Source: a virus (taxonomy: Duplodnaviria > Caudoviricetes). From it: 64,000 bases of DNA. Below, in pieces: positions 40,491 through 49,466 of the stretch (position 1 is its first letter; every line of letters begins with the position of its first letter). The position numbers were made by a program, and so were the translations under genes. The notes beneath the pieces were generated by a model. That model had not been told where the DNA came from. It did no database searches and saw only the letters and a program-made list of their open reading frames with translations. The stretch is taken from the IMG/VR virus record IMGVR_UViG_3300031555_001519, positions 73,478-137,477 of that record, one strand, 5' to 3'.

Positions 40491-41933
40491 TTATAAAATT
40501 ATTTTTGTTCCTCTATTAACCGCAATAACTCTTGTTGACTTTAAACAATCTGATATTGCTTTTCCCAAATCTTCCTTGAATTCCAATTTACTATTATTAT
40601 TAGAATGCACCAAATAAATCTTATCGCAATTAATAGACTTGTAATAATTAATTAATTCTTTTCGTTGCATATGACTTGAGAATGACAAAAGATCAATTAT
40701 CTGTGCTTTATTCTTATATGGTTTGCCATTAATATTAATTGTTTTCTGTTCTTTTTCATGTTTAATTTTCCATGCTAATGTATCTTCACCGGCATAACCA
40801 ATAAATAAAATAAGGTCATTCTCATTTGGTAAAATACTCTGAACCCATTTAACACTTCTTCCGGCGGTTAACATCCCAGAGGATGAGCAAATTACCTTTG
40901 CGCCCTTATCAGAAATAGCAGCTTTACTATCTTCAGGAGTGATTACTCTACGAATATTTTTCCACGCCATCATTTCGTCAAATTTGTCTTTTTCTTCTCC
41001 TTCTAAAATAGAAGAGTAGCAATCCAATAATCTATTGGCCAAAGGACTATCTACCAAAATCGGTATATTAAAACGCTCATCTTGTCCAAATAAAGAATAT
41101 AAAATCCATAATATATATGGCATTCTATCAAGAGAGAATGTAGGGATTAAAACCCTACGTCCATTATCAACACAATATTGTTCTACCGCAGATTTAATCT
41201 TTTCAATATCTTTCTCTAAAGTCTTTTTAGTAATTTCTTTACCCCTTGCACTGTAGGTACATTCTCCAATAACCACGTTAGCAGTGGTCGCTGGTTCAAA
41301 ATCTTCTACAAAAATACGACTTTCTTGAGTACTTAAATTTCCAAGGTCTGAAGTGAAGAGTATCTTTCTTGTATGCGAACCACCATTAATATAAACTTCA
41401 GCTTGCTTAGATAATAATATATGTCCTGCGTTTTTATATCTTATTGCTAGTTCGTCAGAAACATTAATTATTTTATCTGATGGAATCTCTTGCACATAAT
41501 TCAGCATATTGTTTACAACATCTTCAGTATAGAAAGGTTCAAAGTTTCGATCACCTTTCATATTAATAACTTCTACATCTCTTTGATTAATATATGCAGC
41601 ATCAAGCCACATTTCTTTTAAAATACAAGTAGATTTTTCTGGGACAATAATTTTAGCATTACATTTTCCTCTTGTGTATAAAGCTGGAATTAAACCAATG
41701 TGGTCTAAATGATTGTGTCCAATAATAATATAATCAATTTCTTGAGGCTTAATTTGTTGCAACAACTTACTGTTTAATTTGTAATTTTCAAGAGGTGTAT
41801 GGCCATCTTGTATCATTCCACATTCAAATAAATAAACGTGTTCGTCTGTTGTAATTTTAGAACATGATCCGGTTACTGATTCAGCGTTCCCACCTATGAT
41901 TTCTACAGTAACTTTATTTTTCTTTTTACTAAT
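40491..41933 (-). CDS. MBL-fold beta-CASP ribonuclease
   Basis: GSCS, HNHLDHIG, AGHILL, TSDLG, ECTY, SSSGML, FSSH, LVH motifs. Start uncertain (no ATG). Confidence 0.85.
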   Translation of the reverse strand: MSKKKNKVTVEIIGGNAESVTGSCSKITTDEHVYLFECGMIQDGHTPLENYKLNSKLLQQIKPQEIDYIIIGHNHLDHIGLIPALYTRGKCNAKIIVPEKSTCILKEMWLDAAYINQRDVEVINMKGDRNFEPFYTEDVVNNMLNYVQEIPSDKIINVSDELAIRYKNAGHILLSKQAEVYINGGSHTRKILFTSDLGNLSTQESRIFVEDFEPATTANVVIGECTYSARGKEITKKTLEKDIEKIKSAVEQYCVDNGRRVLIPTFSLDRMPYILWILYSLFGQDERFNIPILVDSPLANRLLDCYSSILEGEEKDKFDEMMAWKNIRRVITPEDSKAAISDKGAKVICSSSGMLTAGRSVKWVQSILPNENDLILFIGYAGEDTLAWKIKHEKEQKTININGKPYKNKAQIIDLLSFSSHMQRKELINYYKSINCDKIYLVHSNNNSKLEFKEDLGKAISDCLKSTRVIAVNRGTKIIL

Positions 41934-42003
41934 TGTTCTCACCACTTTCAATAGTATTTGTTTTCCTTTAAATCCAATATTTAGTTTTAGTCTCAATATT
42001 CAG

Positions 42004-42171
42004 TTATTTAGATTTAACTTCTTCCTCATACTGTTTAAGTAATGCTTTTACCTTCGGACTTTCAGTAGCATAATACGTTTTATGCTTGCCATATGTGTGA
42101 TGCAAATCATCTGGGAAGCGACATCCGTTTGCTTCTAAATAGTCACGTTGGATTTTAGTAATCTTAATCAT
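42004..42171 (-). CDS. small hypothetical protein (55 aa)
   Basis: MIKITKIQRDYLEANG... with AAGGA RBS; below the ORF-track size cutoff. Confidence 0.6.
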   Translation of the reverse strand: MIKITKIQRDYLEANGCRFPDDLHHTYGKHKTYYATESPKVKALLKQYEEEVKSK

Positions 42172-42215
42172 TTATTTCATCCTTTTTATTATATATTTCC
42201 CTAATGGGATAGTAG

Positions 42216-42298
42216 TTGGGGGAGTGGGAGTTGAACCCACCTAGCAATTGCAACGGTTTTACAGACCGCCGTAACTAACCGAGAGTTACCTTCCCCCA
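42216..42298 (-). tRNA. tRNA-Tyr(GTA), atypical D arm
   Basis: TGGGGGA/TCCCCCA acceptor, GCGGT-CTGTAAA-ACCGT, long variable loop, GTGGG-TTCAACT-CCCAC. Confidence 0.8.
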
Positions 42299-42307
42299 TT
42301 ATATAAA

Positions 42308-42380
42308 TGGCTCCTTCAGGTTTCGATCCTGACTCTACAGATTTTCAGTCTGCCGCTTTCACCAGATTAGCTTAAGAGCC
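42308..42380 (-). tRNA. tRNA-Phe(GAA)
   Basis: GCAGA-CTGAAAA-TCTGT anticodon arm; cloverleaf. Confidence 0.85.
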
Positions 42381-42397
42381 ATAAGATAGCTATAAAC

Positions 42398-42481
42398 TGC
42401 AGGTGGAGAGATTTGAACTCCCGAAGAGATAAACTCGCATGATTAAAAGTCATGTGCCATTAACCACTAGGCGACACCTGC
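42398..42481 (-). tRNA. tRNA-Lys(TTT) with long variable arm
   Basis: GCAGGTG/CACCTGC acceptor, CATGA-CTTTTAA-TCATG, 15-nt variable region. Confidence 0.85.
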
Positions 42482-42486
42482 ATAAA

Positions 42487-42558
42487 CGACTCTATTGGGG
42501 AACGATCCCAATTTTCTACCGTGACAGGGTAGCGTAATAACCTTTATACCATAGAGCC
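42487..42558 (-). tRNA. tRNA-Asp(GTC)
   Basis: CTACC-CTGTCAC-GGTAG anticodon arm; G discriminator. Confidence 0.85.
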
Positions 42559-42561
42559 AAA

Positions 42562-43324
42562 ATCAAGAGTGAACACTTAAGGCCGCTCTCTACAAAGCCG
42601 AAACTTTCAATTGTCAATAGCTCAAATCCGATTTAGTACACGTACCGCCTCGGTAAAAATCTCTAACGATTTTTGTTCTTTATTTTGTCAGCGTAAAGCA
42701 GTCAACTAGCTGAAACATCGGATTTCCGGATATCCAGTTTACGTTCTACCTCAATGGTTCTACGTTCTGCAAATGGTTTTGTCAACCAAATAGAAAAGTA
42801 GTATCTCTTCCAATTTTGAATCGTACACTAAGGCAGTACCTCTCCATTAAAATATACATCACTTATTCCATTCATGCGCATTCCCGGCATCTCGCCAGTA
42901 GGAGAGTGATGATAGGACTTACTTTGGTTTTCCAAATGCCAAGTTCCTTTGTTTTCAGCTAAAAGCCTATTCGGGAGAGCGAACCAACTCTCGGTTGGGA
43001 ACTCCAGTTACGAGCCGAATGACCATAACCTTCATCGTTCAATTGAAAAGTGTAAAGCACTAACTAACTCTTCTTCGGACTCCGGATGCCCAGTTGTTTA
43101 GAATAGAGAAATTGTTCCATTCATGCTTTCTCGTTAATGTCCTATAGACACTGTTTAATATAGCCAACATTCTGTAAGCTATTTCTTTGTTCAGGATTCT
43201 CACCCCGTTCAATTTGCAAGACTCAACCCTTGCTTGCAGAGTATCTCCCTGGAATTTCCCAGCTTCTCAGTACCGGGTGGTGGACGCACATGTACGCCAC
43301 TGAATATCTCGTTATTCAGAGATA
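42562..43324 (-). ncRNA. large structured RNA (ROOL/GOLLD-class candidate)
   Basis: ~760 nt with no ORF in the track, GC-richer than its surroundings, exactly filling the gap between tRNA-His and tRNA-Asp. 5' hairpin UAUCUC...GAGAUA followed by GUGGCG; many hairpins. Confidence 0.65.
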
Positions 43325-43325
43325 G

Positions 43326-43398
43326 GGTACCATGAAAGAATTGAACTTTCATTTACAGATTCACAATCTGTTGTCTTAACCATTAGACCAATGACACC
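43326..43398 (-). tRNA. tRNA-His(GTG)
   Basis: G-1:C73; ACAGA-TTGTGAA-TCTGT anticodon arm. Confidence 0.88.
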
Positions 43399-43403
43399 AT
43401 AAC

Positions 43404-43506
43404 TAGATAGCTATTTTGAGAACCGTCTCTTTTTTCGTCTGGAGTCGAACCAACGAAATGCAATATTTTGGAGCATCATATGTTTTAAAATTGCTGTAAC
43501 TATCTA
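43404..43506 (-). ncRNA. skipping-rope-like small RNA with T-loop hairpin
   Basis: Closing stem UAGAUAGUUA/UAGCUAUCUA, ACAGCAAU just inside the 5' strand, internal UUCGU-UGGUUCGACUCCA-G-ACGAA. Family name is from memory of the consensus. Confidence 0.5.
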
Positions 43507-43509
43507 TAG

Positions 43510-43582
43510 TCGCTACGCCTCGGAATTGAGCCGAGTTACCCTAGCTTATGAGGCTAGGTCAGATTCCTACCTGCCGCCAGCT
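43510..43582 (-). tRNA. tRNA-Met(CAT), degenerate acceptor stem
   Basis: CTAGC-CTCATAA-GCTAG; T arm CTCGG-CTCAATT-CCGAG; bulged acceptor stem and 1:72 mismatch. Confidence 0.65.
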
Positions 43583-43589
43583 ATAATAA

Positions 43590-43665
43590 TTGGGACGACA
43601 GGATTTGAACCTGCGAACCTCGTGATCCCAAATCACGCATTCTAACCAAACTGAACTACATCCCA
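43590..43665 (-). tRNA. tRNA-Pro(TGG)
   Basis: CGTGA-TTTGGGA-TCACG; GGTTCAAATCC T loop. Confidence 0.92.
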
Positions 43666-43714
43666 AGAATTGTGGAGCAGGACGCTCCACTTTTATATCA
43701 ATATTAAATTATTA

Positions 43715-43987
43715 TTAAGCATTAATAGCATCTTTGATTGCCTTGCCAAACTTACACTTAGGTGCATACTTTGCAGGAACATCAATTATTTCATTGGTCT
43801 TAGGATTTCTAGCAGTAGTAGCTTCTTTATAAACTGCAGTCAAAGTAACTCCGTCCATCAACTTAATTTCATCTTCCTTAACAGTGCTGAACACTACTTC
43901 CTGAAGTGTCTCCATAACAGTCTTTACATCCTTCTGTGTGTAACCTGCCTTTTCAGCGATTGCTTTAATTAATTCTGTCTTATTCAT
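43715..43987 (-). CDS. hup: HU-family DNA-binding protein
   Basis: MNKTELIKAIAEKAG...ARNPKTNE...PAKYAPKCKFGKAIKDAIN. Confidence 0.93.
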   Translation of the reverse strand: MNKTELIKAIAEKAGYTQKDVKTVMETLQEVVFSTVKEDEIKLMDGVTLTAVYKEATTARNPKTNEIIDVPAKYAPKCKFGKAIKDAINA

Positions 43988-44055
43988 TTTTTGTTCTCCT
44001 TTTATTCATATAAATTTTATTTTAGTCCCGTTACGGGAAATTAATTTCGTTTAGT

Positions 44056-44400
44056 CTATGAAAAGATAATATTTCCTATTTCTGCACCCTTGCTATCAAG
44101 AAGTTCATAAGATACTACATAAGAAACAATCTTATTTCCTTCTTTATCTTCACGTTCAATCTTAATACCTTTGCACTTGTCGTTAGTACAAGTCATCTGA
44201 TTTCCACCAATGTAACTCATTGGTTGGCCGCAAGCTTTGCATTTATGTTTCGCACAGAATTTCCACTGTTGTTCTAATAATTTCTTTTCATCATCAGTTC
44301 TCTTTTTAAGTGGTTTGCAACCCCATGCCTTAGCCGCCTCCTCGAAAGAAGAGTAGTGTTCAGTAGTATTGCGTCCCATTCTAAATTCTCTCATATCCAT
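44056..44400 (-). CDS. hypothetical Zn-ribbon protein
   Basis: CKAC...CTNDKC; AGGAG RBS. Confidence 0.75.
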   Translation of the reverse strand: MDMREFRMGRNTTEHYSSFEEAAKAWGCKPLKKRTDDEKKLLEQQWKFCAKHKCKACGQPMSYIGGNQMTCTNDKCKGIKIEREDKEGNKIVSYVVSYELLDSKGAEIGNIIFS

Positions 44401-44569
44401 GTTCTCCTATATATAGTTTTTTCTGATCAGACCCCATATAAAGCCTGGGGTCACAGGCATTATGCATTCGAATTCCATATTTATACCCGCATTGGCAATA
44501 GCGGTTGATTTACTAAGACAAATACGTCTTTTCTATCACAAGACAACTTAATGCGATGTTTAATTTTGC

Positions 44570-47215
44570 TTAGTTTTGTTGGCTTTTTTGAACCTCATAA
44601 TCATCTAACTCGCCACTTTTTGCTTTAAAACATTGTAAAAAAGCTTCTGAATTAACCATATATAACACCTTCAATAACAATGCTCTATTTGTCTCAATGC
44701 AATTATTTTTGACATTTCTTTTTACTCCAGAACCAATATTAAATGCTCGATTAATTAACCACGACATCATCCCAAGGTAATTCTTAGATAAATATACTTG
44801 TTGGATATCTTTAATCAGTTTATCAAAATCATATCTAAGTAGCAAATAATCTTCTTTATCTGTTCTGTCATTTTTGATATTATGATTATACAACTCAAAA
44901 GAATATTTCTGAATTAATTCCTCAACCTTTCTTGATTTTCTTCCGTGCTCCTTCATTTCGTGTTTAATAAAGAACTCTGACATCGGAAGGGTAGAAGAAG
45001 CAGAACGATATTTCTTAAAATTCAAATCGCAAACCCAATTCATAGGACATACCAAATCATTAGATATTCTTTCTCTTTTAACATCTTTGTGAGTTACTTC
45101 CCAAAACTTTGGTAATTTATTTTGTTTGATATCCATATCATCCTTGATACGTTTAATTTCAGCATTCAAATCAATATCAAATCTACGTTTCGCATTATCT
45201 ATAGCAATCTGTGCAAGAACTGATAAAATACATACATAATCTTGATATTTTTGGTCGTCAAAATTATATGTATATGTTAAACACACTTGTGCCAAATTAC
45301 TTGATTCTCCTATAGCACGTTGTGCTGCAGCAAGATTGTTATCAATAATTGCATAATTTTTTAATGTATTATTATAACTATTTTTTTCCTTTGGAATATT
45401 GTTAACAATAGTGGGATAGTTGTTGTAACAATATTTGGCATGAGCTACGATATCGGACTGATTTGTGACGTATAGACTATCAGAATCTTGATCTGAACCG
45501 TTGTTACGATCTTGAAAATCTGTTCCAATCATATTAATAGCAATTATTAATTTTCCAAAATTGAAATACTTTTCAAATCTCGGATGATACACATTATGTA
45601 GATAACCCAAATTATTTCTACTGTTGAATGGGCTTCGAAACTCTGCTAAATATTCACCATCTTCGAATCGTCCGGTATAGCATTGAATACACCCTTGCTC
45701 TTGAGAAAATGTATCATCATCTAACGCATTTAATCCAACTGCATGCATTAACATAGCATACGGAGAACCTACGATTACTAAGTTATCCGCATTTTGCAAT
45801 ACTCGTCCGCTTTTTAAATTAAGTACATAAGCATTGATAATTGCCTTTTTACGACTTCTAAAATACTCGCTGTTCACAAAATCAGGATTGTGCTCACATA
45901 AAGCTACCAATACTTCATAGTCATTAGAAAAATTATAATTTTTTCTTAGGTAATCTAAAAAGGCTGTATTATCATTTTTTAATAAATTAATATAATCTGT
46001 GCTATATTTGGTAACTTGTTCCATTGTATTGATGTCCAGAGCGTTTACCATCTGATAACTCATTCTTTGAACATCACCAAATTTACTTTCATGAGCTGTT
46101 TTAACAACACCAAAAAAACAATCGTTTTTCTTCACCCATTCTACCCAATAGTCAAAATCCACTCCAAATTTCAACCATTTTATAGCATTGTCTGTTGTTA
46201 TCAATCTAATATCCTTTACAAATACCTCTCTACCAAACATATCTGTAACTGTTGCTGTTTCATAATTTTCCTTGTAATATTCTTTCATATACAGCTGAAT
46301 ATTTGTATCAAATGCTGCAGCCTTAAACATTTGCTGTCTTAATAAAACATAACCTTCTGCCCACTCAGGAACAATAGAAGAATCAATTAATGACTGCCCA
46401 TCAAACAAAGTGTTTTTTAACTTGTAATCATCCACGTATTTAACTATACATTGTTTATTTTCATCTGTTTCTACACTTGCAACTTTTGTATTAAAAAAAG
46501 AATCAACATCTTTAAGTATTAATATTTGTGATGGTAATATCTGAATTTTTCCCACTATAGAAGAGGTAACAAGTGGAGCATAAGCACCCATTTCTACAAT
46601 TGGAGAATTTTCATCTGGTAATTTGATTCCCATATATAAATATTCTCTGGCAAGCTCATATAAGGTTTCATTGATAAACATACAAGTACCTTTCTTGGCT
46701 TTTCCAGTGGTTCGAAATAACATCTTATAATGAATAGTTTCTTCTTTTATTATTTTCCCAGATTTATTATAGGTTTTATAAGTAATATTTACTCCATCTT
46801 CATAAAAAATCTCTCTTAAATCGTTTCTGGTGATTTTTTTATACTTTTCTTTATTTTCCACAGCGTCAATGTATAATTCGGTAATTCTATTTTTCTTTCT
46901 TTCTGCTTCTGTAATTCTTTTGGAATTAGATTGAGAATGAGCTATTTTTCTTTCGATTCTTGCTTTTTTAGCTATTTTATGAATATGTTTTACCTCAGAT
47001 TCATAATCTCTGGAACCATATTTAAAATCAATACATATAATATCCCTGGTGCTTTCCCCCTTCCAAATGTTTAACCCATTGTCTTTTAAAAAGTCACTAA
47101 AAAGACTATTACTTAACATAGCATCAGTATAATCATATGTATCTCGTATACCGGTGTTACATTCGTAAATAGAACCGGCAATAAAGTTTTTTATTTTTAA
47201 TCCGTATTCTGACAT
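44570..47215 (-). CDS. YonO-like single-subunit (two-barrel) DNA-dependent RNA polymerase
   Basis: 881 aa; LFDGQ, LLRQ..FK, FRSP and metal-binding NGSDQDSD motifs. Lies upstream of HU and the late operon like SPbeta yonO-yonN. Confidence 0.85.
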   Translation of the reverse strand: MSEYGLKIKNFIAGSIYECNTGIRDTYDYTDAMLSNSLFSDFLKDNGLNIWKGESTRDIICIDFKYGSRDYESEVKHIHKIAKKARIERKIAHSQSNSKRITEAERKKNRITELYIDAVENKEKYKKITRNDLREIFYEDGVNITYKTYNKSGKIIKEETIHYKMLFRTTGKAKKGTCMFINETLYELAREYLYMGIKLPDENSPIVEMGAYAPLVTSSIVGKIQILPSQILILKDVDSFFNTKVASVETDENKQCIVKYVDDYKLKNTLFDGQSLIDSSIVPEWAEGYVLLRQQMFKAAAFDTNIQLYMKEYYKENYETATVTDMFGREVFVKDIRLITTDNAIKWLKFGVDFDYWVEWVKKNDCFFGVVKTAHESKFGDVQRMSYQMVNALDINTMEQVTKYSTDYINLLKNDNTAFLDYLRKNYNFSNDYEVLVALCEHNPDFVNSEYFRSRKKAIINAYVLNLKSGRVLQNADNLVIVGSPYAMLMHAVGLNALDDDTFSQEQGCIQCYTGRFEDGEYLAEFRSPFNSRNNLGYLHNVYHPRFEKYFNFGKLIIAINMIGTDFQDRNNGSDQDSDSLYVTNQSDIVAHAKYCYNNYPTIVNNIPKEKNSYNNTLKNYAIIDNNLAAAQRAIGESSNLAQVCLTYTYNFDDQKYQDYVCILSVLAQIAIDNAKRRFDIDLNAEIKRIKDDMDIKQNKLPKFWEVTHKDVKRERISNDLVCPMNWVCDLNFKKYRSASSTLPMSEFFIKHEMKEHGRKSRKVEELIQKYSFELYNHNIKNDRTDKEDYLLLRYDFDKLIKDIQQVYLSKNYLGMMSWLINRAFNIGSGVKRNVKNNCIETNRALLLKVLYMVNSEAFLQCFKAKSGELDDYEVQKSQQN

Positions 47216-47239
47216 TAATTTACCTTTCTGCAGTTAATC

Positions 47240-47815
47240 TCATTCCCAATCATCGTATCCATTTTGTTCGTGAATGTAGCACATAATTTGGGAATAAGTA
47301 CCTAATGCATAATATTCATCTTCTAAATCTTCTCTGGAGGTTGTTCTACAATGTTCTCCGTCCATTAATCGAGGCCTACACCCTTTTGCCTTAACTATAT
47401 AATAATCTTCTAAACAATCCTTAGCTGGTTTAAATAATCTAAGAGAGATTTCATTTCTTTGTGTAGATTTTTCTGAAATATTATATCCAGTGCCGCTTCT
47501 GTAAAACGGAAAAAATGTATTTAAGTATTCTTGTTCTTTTCCATATCTCGTATCTTCAGAACATTCTTCCAATATACGAAAAATAAAATTATTGCTCCCA
47601 AACTCGTTCCAGTCTGACTGAAAAAATATATTCTTATGAATATTATTTTCAAGCTCTCTTATATGGCTTCTCCATCTTTGTATAATGTGTTTAGAACTGC
47701 CAATATATATCTTATTATTTGCTTTATTGGTAATTATATAAACACCACATCTTTTTTTACTTCCTAAACATTTATGTTTTTTATCTAATATTTGAACTAC
47801 TGTATATTCTGACAT
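47240..47815 (-). CDS. GIY-YIG endonuclease (free-standing homing endonuclease-like)
   Basis: GVYIITNKANNKIYIGSS...RWRSH...EQEYL...GYN. Confidence 0.88.
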   Translation of the reverse strand: MSEYTVVQILDKKHKCLGSKKRCGVYIITNKANNKIYIGSSKHIIQRWRSHIRELENNIHKNIFFQSDWNEFGSNNFIFRILEECSEDTRYGKEQEYLNTFFPFYRSGTGYNISEKSTQRNEISLRLFKPAKDCLEDYYIVKAKGCRPRLMDGEHCRTTSREDLEDEYYALGTYSQIMCYIHEQNGYDDWE

Positions 47816-47832
47816 TCTTCACCGTCCTTGTT

Positions 47833-48978
47833 TTATTGTATCATCTTCAAACTTTTTAAACACTCTGCAAGAATCCTAACAAATTCATTATACTCATCAA
47901 TCGTAGTATCTTCTCCAATGCTAATCCTTATAGTGCTGAAAGCTTCTTCATCAGTTAACCCAATAGCTTTTAAAATTCTACTTGGGGTCTTTTCGCCGGT
48001 ACAACATGCACTTCCTGCCGAAACTTGCACACCCTTTATATCCAATAGGGTAATAAGAGCTTCTGCATTAATACCAGGAAAAGTGAGAGAGAGAGTATTG
48101 GGTAATCTTAATTTATTACTAGTGCTTCCATTTAATCGGACATTACAAATATCACCGCATTTATTGTAAATCGTATATAACAACCAAGGATCGAATTCAC
48201 CATCAGGCTGTTTCATTCTCTCAACCTGGTTTCCTAAAGCATATATCATAGGTACATTTTCTGTACCTGCTCTACGTCCATCAAATTGATGACCACCGTG
48301 GATGAGAGGGGAGAGTTTAATTCCGTCTCTAATATATAGGAACCCACAGTTCTTAAATCCACCGAATTTATGAAAACTTACGCTCATCATATCAATACCT
48401 ATTTCCTCTACATCAATAGGAACTTTCCCAAATGTTTGTACAGCATCCACATGTATGTACCCTTGAAAGCTATGTGTGATTCTTGCAATCTCTTTAATAT
48501 CATTCAAAGTGCCAATTTCATTATTACCCATCATGATTGATACAAGGCAGAAGTGTTTTTCACTAAGTAGAGATATTAATTTTCTAAATTTATCCACATC
48601 AACTTTACCGGTATTATCTATAGGGGTATATTCTATTCTGTACCATGATTTGTTCCCTAAATATTTACAAGTGTTATATACACTTGGATGTTCAATCTTA
48701 GTAGTAATAATACAATCAAACATATAGTTTGCATCTAAAAAACCTTTGATTGCCCAATTATTAGATTCACTACCGCCGGAAGTGAATACAATTTCACTAG
48801 GTTTCGCACCTATATAATTTGCTACTTGTTCCTGTGCATGAGTAATAATTCTTTTAGCTTCAATACCATCTTGACTAATATCAGAAGGATTCGCCCAATA
48901 CTTTTCTGCACAGTACATAAAATCCTGCAGTACCTCTTTTGAAGGTTTTGAGGTACTGGCTGCATTAAGATATATCAT
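47833..48978 (-). CDS. iscS: cysteine desulfurase (IscS/NifS)
   Basis: IYLNAAST, FTSGGSE, HVDAVQ, SFHKFGG (PLP Lys), SAGSAC (catalytic Cys). Confidence 0.93.
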   Translation of the reverse strand: MIYLNAASTSKPSKEVLQDFMYCAEKYWANPSDISQDGIEAKRIITHAQEQVANYIGAKPSEIVFTSGGSESNNWAIKGFLDANYMFDCIITTKIEHPSVYNTCKYLGNKSWYRIEYTPIDNTGKVDVDKFRKLISLLSEKHFCLVSIMMGNNEIGTLNDIKEIARITHSFQGYIHVDAVQTFGKVPIDVEEIGIDMMSVSFHKFGGFKNCGFLYIRDGIKLSPLIHGGHQFDGRRAGTENVPMIYALGNQVERMKQPDGEFDPWLLYTIYNKCGDICNVRLNGSTSNKLRLPNTLSLTFPGINAEALITLLDIKGVQVSAGSACCTGEKTPSRILKAIGLTDEEAFSTIRISIGEDTTIDEYNEFVRILAECLKSLKMIQ

Positions 48979-49113
48979 TTATTCTTCCTTTCTATTCTTA
49001 TATACAATAATAAATCGTCAGCTCAATTCCTTTTACCCTAGCAACTTATCACCAAAGCATGTTCTTTCTAGAATTTATTATTCTATTATATGATTTCCAG
49101 CAAATTCACCTAT

Positions 49114-49455
49114 CTAGGAGTTCTTACTTGCCCACATATCCTTAAACCTCTGACTAGCAGCTTCTTTAGCTTCCTCGGACATTTCTCTCTTTTTAGCTCT
49201 AAAGGATACCAATCCTTTATCTGCAACTCTATAGGTTTTACCACGCCCGGTGTCTGCAATGAGAGAGTACATATCCGGACTTGTTCTACATAGTTTATCC
49301 AGACGAGTCATCTGAGTAGTATCAGAAGTGTAGATAATAGCATGTTCCTCATCACGCATATAAGATACATTTGTTTCTTGCTCTGCAATAGATACAGAAT
49401 TACTTACAATTCTTTCTTCTACATCAATATTTGTTACATAGCCATTCTTAGCCAT
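49114..49455 (-). CDS. hypothetical protein
   Basis: 113 aa; GAGGTG RBS. Confidence 0.75.
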   Translation of the reverse strand: MAKNGYVTNIDVEERIVSNSVSIAEQETNVSYMRDEEHAIIYTSDTTQMTRLDKLCRTSPDMYSLIADTGRGKTYRVADKGLVSFRAKKREMSEEAKEAASQRFKDMWASKNS

Positions 49456-49466
49456 ATTTGCTCACC

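Noticed and set aside
42181-43670. Theta (HDV-like) ribozymes at tRNA 3' ends
   Set aside because: Spacers after the tRNAs are short or AT-rich, and I could not build the nested double pseudoknot.
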